Source: Lachnospiraceae bacterium (GTDB taxonomy: Bacteria > Bacillota > Clostridia > Lachnospirales > Lachnospiraceae). Taken from it: a stretch of DNA of 64,000 bases. The notes beneath the pieces were generated by a model that was not told the origin of the DNA, made no database searches, and worked only from the letters and a program-made list of their open reading frames with translations. The stretch is taken from the NCBI GenBank assembly GCA_036311565.1, contig JAXJPR010000041.1:187-64186 (forward strand). Reading direction: 5' to 3'. Positions within the stretch are counted from its first letter, which is position 1. The number at the start of each line of letters is the position of its first letter. The position numbers and the translations under genes were made by a program. Of the stretch, positions 57,253 through 64,000 are shown in pieces.

Positions 57253-58560
57253 ATGATTACGATGGATTGTTTAAAAGAATATATAAAATATACATCCTTA
57301 AATGTAATGGGTATGATTGGCCTATCCTGCTATATACTGGCGGATACTTATTTTATAGCAAAAGGCATGGGAAGTCGTGGACTTACGGCGTTAAATCTGG
57401 CAATCCCAATTTATAACTTTATAAATGGAACGGCATTAATGCTTGGAATGGGTGGTGCTACGAGATACAGCATTGCAAAAAGTCAAGGAAGAGAAAGAAG
57501 GAAAAATCAGATTTTTACACATACAATCACGATGGTTCTTGTATGTGCGAGTTTTTTTGTTATGTTGGGATGCTTTTTTTCGGAAAAAATAACGTATCTG
57601 TTAGGGGCAGATAAGGAAATCTTTTCTATGTGCAGGACGTATCTACAGGTATTGTTACTATTTTCACCAGCATTTTTATTTAATCAGACCATATTATCCT
57701 TTGTGCGTAACGATGGAGTGCCCCACTTATCTATGGCAGCCATGTTGGCTGGAAGTTTTTCTAATATAGTTTTAGATTATGTATTTATTTTTTTGTTTGA
57801 TATGGGGATTTTTGGTGCAGCGATTGCTACCGGGTTTGCTCCGGTCATCAGCCTTTGCATGTTGTCCATTCATTTTTGGAAAAAGCATCATCAGTTTCAT
57901 ATTATAAAATGTGGCATAAGTCGGCGAAGCATGGAACAAATTCTTGCAAGCGGGATTCCTTCACTGATTTCAGAATTATCTTCTGGAACTGTCATGATGA
58001 TATTTAACATGATTTTGCTTGGAATGGCAGGAAATACTGGGGTAGCGGCGTATGGAATTATTGCTAATATTTATCTTGTGATCATTTCCATTTATACTGG
58101 AATTGCTCAGGGGATACAGCCACTTATGAGTAACTATTATGGAAAGAAAAAGACGAAAAATATTCAATCAGTCTTTTGGTACGGAATTTTTACCGTTATC
58201 ATCTTATCAATACTGATTTATGCAGTGATGTTTTTTAGAGCAGACGAAATTTCCTGGTTATTTAACAGTGAAGGGAATGATATGCTTCAGGCAATGGCTG
58301 TTCATGGCATCAAGTTGTATTTTATAGTATTTTTGTTTGCAGGAGTGAATATATTGATGGCAATTTATTTTACTTCGATCAATCGGGCAAGACCAGCCAA
58401 TATCATTTCGATGCTGAGAGGGTTTGTACTTATTGTGCCAATGAGTTTTCTCATGTCTGCCATAGGTGGAATCAATGGATTATGGCTTGCATCCCCAGTT
58501 ACGGAAATATTGGTAGCAATAATAGGAACTGCCTTTTACCTCTTTTATAGAAAGGCGTAA
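57253..58560 (+). CDS. MATE family efflux transporter
   Basis: 435 aa, 12-TM pattern, typical MATE segments (GIAQGIQPLMSNYYG and others). Confidence 0.88.
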   Translation: MITMDCLKEYIKYTSLNVMGMIGLSCYILADTYFIAKGMGSRGLTALNLAIPIYNFINGTALMLGMGGATRYSIAKSQGRERRKNQIFTHTITMVLVCASFFVMLGCFFSEKITYLLGADKEIFSMCRTYLQVLLLFSPAFLFNQTILSFVRNDGVPHLSMAAMLAGSFSNIVLDYVFIFLFDMGIFGAAIATGFAPVISLCMLSIHFWKKHHQFHIIKCGISRRSMEQILASGIPSLISELSSGTVMMIFNMILLGMAGNTGVAAYGIIANIYLVIISIYTGIAQGIQPLMSNYYGKKKTKNIQSVFWYGIFTVIILSILIYAVMFFRADEISWLFNSEGNDMLQAMAVHGIKLYFIVFLFAGVNILMAIYFTSINRARPANIISMLRGFVLIVPMSFLMSAIGGINGLWLASPVTEILVAIIGTAFYLFYRKA

Positions 58561-58610
58561 ATAAGATGAATAGACAATAAAACGATAGAATCATAAAGGA
58601 GAAAATTTGG

Positions 58611-59141
58611 ATGATTACATTAGCAAAGATGGAAGATGCCAGAGAAATTCATCAAGTGATGTGGAACGTATATGCGAACCTGGAGAAAAAAGAACTGTAT
58701 TATCCTGATTCATTAGAATTTATAAAAAATTGTATAAGAGAGAAAGGATTTGCAGTGAAAGCCTGTAGTCCAAGTGGTCGAATCATGGGATTTTTAATCG
58801 TGTATTTTCCTACAACGAAAGAAGATCATATGGGACAATATATAGATCTGACCCAAGAAGATTATGAAAAGTCTGCATATATGGATTCCATTGCAGTTCT
58901 ACCGGAATACAGAGGATTGGGAATACAGAAACAATTGATTGAATATGCAGAAAAATCGGAAAAGTTAAAAGAATATCTGCATTTGTTTGCAACCGTTTCT
59001 CCTGAAAATCTTTATAGTCTGAAGAACTTTCAGGCAGAAGGATATCAGATTATCTCTACTGTTTTTAAGTATGCCAATTTAGAACGACATGTTTTATATA
59101 AAAGGAAGCAGGAAGAGTTGCAATCTGGCCATATTTATTAG
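58611..59141 (+). CDS. GNAT family N-acetyltransferase
   Basis: Acetyl-CoA motif A: IAVLPEYRGLGIQKQLI. Confidence 0.85.
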   Translation: MITLAKMEDAREIHQVMWNVYANLEKKELYYPDSLEFIKNCIREKGFAVKACSPSGRIMGFLIVYFPTTKEDHMGQYIDLTQEDYEKSAYMDSIAVLPEYRGLGIQKQLIEYAEKSEKLKEYLHLFATVSPENLYSLKNFQAEGYQIISTVFKYANLERHVLYKRKQEELQSGHIY

Positions 59142-59201
59142 ATAATGGTAAAGAATTAAGAGAAATACTATGAAAAAACAATAATAGCAGGGAGGAACCC
59201 T

Positions 59202-60251
59202 ATGGAAAATCAAGAAAAGAAATATAAACGCCGTGTACGGTATTCCGGAACTCATCCGCGCACTTATAAAGAAAAATATAAAGAACATCAGCCAGAAAAG
59301 TATGCAGATACCATTGCAAAAGTCATCCAAAAAGGAGGAACGCCTGCAGGTATGCATATTTCCATTATGGTAAAGGAAATATTAGATTTTCTGAAGATTC
59401 ATCCAGGACAGAAAGGGCTGGATGCTACTTTAGGATATGGAGGACATACAAAAGCCATGTTGAATTGCCTGCAGGGCCAGGGGCATATCTATGCACTGGA
59501 TGTGGATCCCATTGAATCTGCAAAAACGAAAGAACGTTTGGAAAAGCAGGGGTTTGGAGAAGACATTTTAACAGTAAAACTTTTGAATTTTGCTAATATT
59601 GACCAGGTAGCCGAAGAAGCAGGTCTATTTGATTTTGTGTTGGCAGACTTAGGTGTTTCTTCTATGCAGATTGATAATCCAGACAGGGGATTTTCCTATA
59701 AAGTAGAGGGACCATTAGATCTCCGGATGAACCCTCAGAAAGGAACCAGTGCGGCCCAGAGGATTTTAGAGGTGACACAGGAAGAGTTTGAAGGGATGTT
59801 AATTGAGAACTCTGATGAGCCTTATGCAGCAGAAATTGCACATACTGTTATGTCTAGATTAAGAAAAGGGCAAAAAATTGAGACAACGACCCAGTTGAGA
59901 GAAGCCATTGAAGAAGCACTTTCCTTTATTCCTGAAAAAGAAAGAAAGGAGGCGGTGAAAAAATCCTGCCAGCGTTCTTTTCAGGCTCTTCGTATTGATG
60001 TAAATAGTGAATTTGAAGTGTTGTATGAATTTTTAGATAAACTTCCCCATGTTTTGGCGCCGGGAGGAAGAGTTGCCATTCTTACATTCCACTCTGGAGA
60101 AGACCGCCTGGTGAAAAAAGCCTTTAAGAAGATGGCAAAACAGGGCATTTACAGCGAAGTTTCCAAAGAGGTGATTCGTCCATCTGCAGAGGAATGTAGA
60201 AATAATGGCCGAGCAAAATCTACAAAAATGAGATGGGCAGTAAAAGCATAG
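59202..60251 (+). CDS. RsmH/MraW-family SAM-dependent methyltransferase paralogue (outside a dcw cluster, basic N-terminal extension)
   Basis: RsmH motifs DATLGYGGHT, LADLGVSSMQID and FHSGEDR, plus about 45 extra lysine/arginine-rich N-terminal residues. Confidence 0.8.
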   Translation: MENQEKKYKRRVRYSGTHPRTYKEKYKEHQPEKYADTIAKVIQKGGTPAGMHISIMVKEILDFLKIHPGQKGLDATLGYGGHTKAMLNCLQGQGHIYALDVDPIESAKTKERLEKQGFGEDILTVKLLNFANIDQVAEEAGLFDFVLADLGVSSMQIDNPDRGFSYKVEGPLDLRMNPQKGTSAAQRILEVTQEEFEGMLIENSDEPYAAEIAHTVMSRLRKGQKIETTTQLREAIEEALSFIPEKERKEAVKKSCQRSFQALRIDVNSEFEVLYEFLDKLPHVLAPGGRVAILTFHSGEDRLVKKAFKKMAKQGIYSEVSKEVIRPSAEECRNNGRAKSTKMRWAVKA

Positions 60252-60262
60252 AGGATAAAAAG

Positions 60263-60967
60263 ATGAATATAATATTTGATATTGATGATACTATCTATAA
60301 TTTAATGGAACCATTTGCATTGGCACATGAGGAGACGTATGCTGCGAAGACAGTTGCAGACTGTGAAGAACTGTTTAAGGCATCCAGAAAATATAGCGAT
60401 GAAGCCTTTTACATGCAGGAACGAGGAGAAATTAAAGCAGAAGAAGAGTTTGCATACCGTATTGTAAAAACTTATGCAGATGTGGGAATTGAAGTGACTA
60501 TGGATGAGGCAAAGCATTTTGAAGAAAGATATCGTTATCATCAAAACCATATTCATGTTCCGAAAGGAATGGAAAAAATCTTGGATGATTGTAAAGAAAA
60601 GAAAATTACAATTGGCGCGCTGACCAATGGAAAAAAAGAGAATCAGGGAAAGAAAATAGAAATATTAGGTTTAAAGAGATGGTTTGAAAAAGAATCTCTT
60701 TATATTTCTGGAGAAATTGGAGCGTCCAAACCAGATGTGAGAGCGTTCCTGGCAGTGCAGGAAGGTTTAAAGCTAAAACCTGAAGAAACCTGGTTTATTG
60801 GAGATACTTTTGAAGTTGATGTAGCAGGTGCCAAAAATGCTGGATGGCATGTCATTTGGTTTAACCACCGAAAACGACCAATGCCGGAAGGAAATATTGT
60901 ACCAGATATGGAAGTAAACACTATAGAGCAGTTACATAAAGCGATTATGGATATCGAAGATCGATAA
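60263..60967 (+). CDS. HAD-superfamily hydrolase
   Basis: Motif I FDIDDTIY, motif II LTNG, motif III/IV K...GDTFEVD. Start at the ATG behind GAGGA; the track ORF starts at 60233. Confidence 0.85.
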   Translation: MNIIFDIDDTIYNLMEPFALAHEETYAAKTVADCEELFKASRKYSDEAFYMQERGEIKAEEEFAYRIVKTYADVGIEVTMDEAKHFEERYRYHQNHIHVPKGMEKILDDCKEKKITIGALTNGKKENQGKKIEILGLKRWFEKESLYISGEIGASKPDVRAFLAVQEGLKLKPEETWFIGDTFEVDVAGAKNAGWHVIWFNHRKRPMPEGNIVPDMEVNTIEQLHKAIMDIEDR

Positions 60968-61003
60968 AAGGAACGAGGGCTTACTATTTTTAGTGAGCCC
61001 TAT

Positions 61004-61234
61004 TCCATTTTGTATAAAAGAGGATTCTATTGCAGTGAAAAACCCTGATGAAACAATATTGTATCCCATAACCAAAAATGATAGAGCAAATATATGAAAT
61101 GCCCGGACGGAATATGCCAGGAGATCCTGCATTTGACCGGATATAAAAATGGACATAATGGCATTTCCACCAGCAAGGCAAATGACATAGGAAAATACAG
61201 AAATGACTGCTGTAGTTATAATTTCGTACTTTGT
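61004..61234 (-). pseudogene. Remnant of a MATE efflux transporter gene (C-terminal segment of about 75 codons only)
   Basis: The open frame reads ...AVISVFSYVICLAGGNAIMSIFISGQMQDLLAYSVRAFHIFALSFLVMGYNIVSSGFFTAIE, a typical MATE TM10-12 pattern. There is no start, RBS or N-terminal 350 aa. Confidence 0.55.
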
Positions 61235-61276
61235 TCAATATTTCTGATTTTAATTCTTAAATTTTTTTTACATTCG

Positions 61277-61305
61277 TTGACAGAACTCTTTCTTAATGAT
61301 ATATT
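61277..61305 (+). promoter_or_regulatory. Sigma-A promoter of the Mn2+ riboswitch transcript
   Basis: TTGACA (61277-61282), 17 nt, TATATT (61300-61305), with TG at 61297-61298. Confidence 0.65.
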
Positions 61306-61316
61306 CATTTTACCAG

Positions 61317-61452
61317 ATAAAGGGGAGTAGCGAAACGTTTCGTGAGGAACGGATTTGAGATTGTCACCCGATACCGAGAGGTATCCGTATCAAATGAAAC
61401 AGCAAGACTTTTATTGTGGCATATGTCATAATAAAGGTCTTTTTCTTTTTTT
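61317..61452 (+). promoter_or_regulatory. yybP-ykoY (Mn2+) riboswitch with terminator expression platform
   Basis: Matches conserved blocks of the Lactococcus lactis yybP-ykoY aptamer as I recall it: AAAGGGGAGTAGCG, TTCGTGAGGAA, CAGCAAGAC. P1 is ATAAAGG (61317-61323) / CTTTTAT (61408-61414). A 14-bp terminator stem (61405-61418 / 61427-61440) plus a T-run overlaps the P1 3-prime strand. Confidence 0.8.
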
Positions 61453-61519
61453 GAAGTCTTTTGGCAAATATTACAACAGGGATGCAAAGAAAAGTAAGAA
61501 AAGGAGAATGAGATATAGA

Positions 61520-62317
61520 ATGATAACATTTAGGAAAAAAGATCCTCTTATAAAAGAGATGGAGTATTTAAAAAAACAGGAAATCAGGTTTTTAAATAAA
61601 CGAAAAGAGAAAAAAGAGACAAAATTAAATCAGTTTCTGAAAGAAAAGGTGCCGGATAAATTACAGGATACGTTAGATGGAGCATTTGCAAAAGCATTTG
61701 CCCTGATTTTTGAAAAAGGAACCGGTGTCATTGAAAAAACATATCAAAAAGAAAAAGCTGAGGCTAGATTTTTAGCCAATGAATATGAAAATAGCAAAAA
61801 GAACAGTCGAAGAACATTAAAAGCATTTTCTAAAAAAGCCGGAAATACAGGAAAGAAAAACCTGCTTTTATCCGGAGTATCCGGAGTTGGACTTGGAGTT
61901 TTGGGAATTGGAATTCCGGACATTTTTGTTTTTACTGCAATGATTCTAAAAAATATCTATGAAATTGCATTAAATTATGGTTATAATTATGAGGCGGAGG
62001 AAGAAAGATATTTCATCTTACTGCTGATTAAGGGAGCGGTCTCTTATGGAGATGAAATGGAAATGATTGACCATGAAATTAATTCTTATATAGAAAATGA
62101 GACAATGCCTGATGATTACAGCCAGGAAGAACAGATTAAGAAGACATCTGCCGGACTTTCCAAAGAATTACTTTATATGAAATTTTTGCAGGGAATTCCA
62201 GTAGCAGGAGCCATTGGAGGCGCTTATGATGTTATTTATATGAAACAAATTTCTGACTACGCAGATTTAAAATATCGCCGTCGGCTGTATTTCTCTTTAA
62301 AAAAAGAGCAAATGTAA
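61520..62317 (+). CDS. EcsC-family protein (tentative)
   Basis: KVPDKLQDTLDGAFAKAFALIFEKGTGVIEKTY and the glycine-rich hydrophobic segment GVSGVGLGVLGIGIPDIF resemble the EcsC family (PF12787). The start is 61520 or 61508; the track ORF from 61355 runs through the riboswitch. Confidence 0.6.
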   Translation: MITFRKKDPLIKEMEYLKKQEIRFLNKRKEKKETKLNQFLKEKVPDKLQDTLDGAFAKAFALIFEKGTGVIEKTYQKEKAEARFLANEYENSKKNSRRTLKAFSKKAGNTGKKNLLLSGVSGVGLGVLGIGIPDIFVFTAMILKNIYEIALNYGYNYEAEEERYFILLLIKGAVSYGDEMEMIDHEINSYIENETMPDDYSQEEQIKKTSAGLSKELLYMKFLQGIPVAGAIGGAYDVIYMKQISDYADLKYRRRLYFSLKKEQM

Positions 62318-62345
62318 AGCCGCGAGATAGAAAGAGGGAAGTTTG

Positions 62346-62624
62346 ATGGAACAAATGAAGAAAACGATAAAAGAAATTCTTATTTCTGATTTGAAAGACC
62401 GGATTTATGAGTTTCAAAGAGAATCTGGATATGAAAAAGAAGTTTTATATTTCTATTATTCGGTTAATGAATTAAATGCATTGTTAGGCACGAATGCAGA
62501 AGATAGGTTTGAAATGGTACATGTATTAAATTCTAAATGTGCAGGTGAGAACTGTGAACTTGGAAAACTGGGATTTCACATACATAAAGGAAAAATTGAA
62601 GTTAGTGTTTCATTAAGAAGATGA
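62346..62624 (+). CDS. Hypothetical protein (92 aa)
   Basis: ATG behind AGAGGGAAG, co-directional with and 28 nt after the EcsC-like gene. No family recognised. Confidence 0.5.
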   Translation: MEQMKKTIKEILISDLKDRIYEFQRESGYEKEVLYFYYSVNELNALLGTNAEDRFEMVHVLNSKCAGENCELGKLGFHIHKGKIEVSVSLRR

Positions 62625-62756
62625 TCATAAGGGAGCAATTTGCAAATCAATGAACAACGTGCAGCCGAAGATGAAATCATAGATGATGATTATTCAGAAG
62701 TAGAATAGAAAAATGAAGGCACTTGCAGATATTCTATTGCATTATTTAAATAATTA

Positions 62757-63168
62757 GGAGCCTGACATTTACGCAAAAGTCTATGAACGGACACAGGATG
62801 CAGTCCTCTGTTTTGAAGGTGGAAGAGAACTAAATAGACAGTACTGGGAGAAACTAGTAACAAAAGTAGTTACGCGTGTAGGCTGCAAAATGTTTGTTCC
62901 ATATCCACTGCGGGCAGGAATGGAATATATTGTTGCTCAAGGAATTTCTACAACTATTAATGGAAAAAAGGAAGTCATTTATCAATTAAAACGAACAGTA
63001 TCTGCCATTGCTAAAAAAGTAGGAATCGCTATCAGTGATGGAACTGAAATCGTAACATTAGCAATGGTTTAATATTATTTGGTGTATTTGGGATTCTTCC
63101 GCCTGCCACATCCGCGTTGTTGCATAACACATCAACTATATATATTAGTTTAAAAAGCATGAAAAAAA
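62757..63168 (+). pseudogene. Possible heavily deleted, frameshifted remnant of a P-type ATPase
   Basis: Frame 1 contains ...GISTTINGKKEVI... and ...KKVGIAISDGTEIV... (compare ADVGIAMGSGTDVA). After a frameshift, LFGVFGILPPATSALLHNTSTIYISLKSMKK resembles the last TM and tail (HEGSTxLVxLNxLRL) of heavy-metal P-type ATPases. Recognition is by eye only. Confidence 0.3.
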
Positions 63169-63172
63169 GACA

Positions 63173-63215
63173 AAAGCCATTCTTTCTCAGAAACTCTGAG
63201 AATCGAATGGCTTTT
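63173..63215. terminator. Bidirectional terminator hairpin
   Basis: AAAGCCATTC / GAATGGCTTT with inner TCTCAG/CTGAGA, flanked by A-run and T-run. Confidence 0.7.
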
Positions 63216-63221
63216 ATAATC

Positions 63222-63968
63222 TTATTCTAATTCTAATAATTTCAATAAAAGAAATTCATTCATGATAAAGAATTGACTTGTCATATAAAGGTTTGGTCGA
63301 TTTATGTTTTTTGTGACGGGATGAGTATAAAATTGAAGAGATACATCACCGATGCGGGAAAGTTCATTGTTTCCATTTTGTGTAATTGTAATAATTTTTA
63401 CACCACGGGCTTTTAGTCTCAGGGCAAATTCATTGATGAAAGAATTATTGCCAGATAGTGAGTATAGGAAGAAGACATCGTTTTCCTGTACATTCAGTAA
63501 AATGGTCTTTGTTTCACTTCTTCCTTCAATGAGATGAACGATATAACCAGCAGGCAGCAATACTCTTTTTAAATCTTTTGATGCATTTTTTTGTACAGCA
63601 CCAGTTCCATAAGCGAAGACTCTTCCTGCATTTTTTAACATTTCATAGATTTCATATAAATCCTGTTTCATAATGGTATCCATGGTCATAATATGATCTT
63701 GATAAACATTTTGAATTTCTCTTGAATCAAATCCTGCTTCGTTTCTGGTCTCCCATTTTAAATAAAGTTTTAATTCACTATAGCCTTCTAAGTCCAATTT
63801 TCTTGCAAAACGGGAAATTGTAGTATGAGAGACATTGCATTTTGCGGCGAGATCCTGGATAGAGATGTTCTTGCATTCTTCTTTATGATGCAAAATATAA
63901 TTCCAAATATATAAGTCATTTTCATTTAATTTCTCATAATTTTCATTAATGAGCGTCTCTAATTTCAT
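63222..63968 (-). CDS. MurR/RpiR family regulator (GlvR-like), paralogue 3
   Basis: LNENDLYIWNYI, DLAAKCNVSHTTISRFARKLDLEGYSELK and a SIS domain. Closely resembles the tandem pair at 49713-51231. Confidence 0.88.
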   Translation of the reverse strand: MKLETLINENYEKLNENDLYIWNYILHHKEECKNISIQDLAAKCNVSHTTISRFARKLDLEGYSELKLYLKWETRNEAGFDSREIQNVYQDHIMTMDTIMKQDLYEIYEMLKNAGRVFAYGTGAVQKNASKDLKRVLLPAGYIVHLIEGRSETKTILLNVQENDVFFLYSLSGNNSFINEFALRLKARGVKIITITQNGNNELSRIGDVSLQFYTHPVTKNINRPNLYMTSQFFIMNEFLLLKLLELE

Positions 63969-64000
63969 GATGGACCTCCTGTTTGATTTGATTGGTCTTA

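Noticed and set aside
61355-61519. The 5-prime extension of the EcsC-like ORF (the track start at 61355).
   Set aside because: It would translate through the Mn2+ riboswitch aptamer and its terminator. The GGAG at 61503-61506 supports a start at 61508 or 61520.

Overview
The window is a 64-kb chromosomal segment from a low-GC, spore-forming Firmicute, most likely class Clostridia (Lachnospiraceae-like). Nearly all genes are on the + strand. All family calls rest on motif recognition in the supplied translations and on structures I folded by hand; no database search was run.

Layout:
- 1-3.4 kb: four minus-strand housekeeping genes (CPBP protease, SAM methyltransferase, CvfB, acyl-ACP thioesterase).
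- 3.5-11.4 kb: the origin-proximal block known from Bacillus subtilis, mazG-hup-yabO-yabP-yabQ-divIC-tRNA(Met)-spoIIE-tilS-hpt-ftsH.
- 11.8-27.9 kb: GH13 amylase-family enzyme, a five-tRNA cluster (Tyr-Leu-Gly-Phe-Gly), B12-binding radical SAM protein, nth, DnaQ-like exonuclease, VanW, AIR-synthase-like protein, AsnC regulator, aminotransferase, trmL, mutS2 (minus strand), yhaM, rlmD.
- 27.9-30.5 kb: a compositionally foreign blaR1-blaI pair with no beta-lactamase gene.
- 30.8-35.2 kb: a seven-gene operon for a ubiquitin-like sulfur-carrier protein (thioredoxin, ThiS-like carrier with a tail after the GG, ThiF/MoeB E1, JAMM protease, rhodanese-TusA-DsrE fusion, CysE, flavodoxin).
- 35.3-51.2 kb: a carbohydrate island with an ascorbate-type PTS and its PRD regulator, a mannose-type PTS with embedded dehydrogenase and epimerase, an alpha-glucoside PTS with a GH4 phospho-alpha-glucosidase, and several RpiR paralogues.
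- 51.3-60.9 kb: purine nucleoside salvage (deoD, deoB, punA, guanine deaminase), then a dehydrogenase, MATE pump, GNAT, RsmH paralogue and HAD hydrolase.
- 61-63.2 kb: a decaying region with a yybP-ykoY Mn2+ riboswitch in front of an EcsC-like gene, flanked by MATE and P-type ATPase remnants.

I found no CRISPR array, IS element, integrase or recognisable defence system.

Best candidates for something new:
- the sulfur-carrier operon, which lacks the sulfhydrylase that normally accompanies such modules;
- the orphan beta-lactam sensor islet next to rlmD;
- the Mn2+ riboswitch with non-canonical cargo;
- two candidate small RNAs;
- a SpoIIE with no membrane domain.
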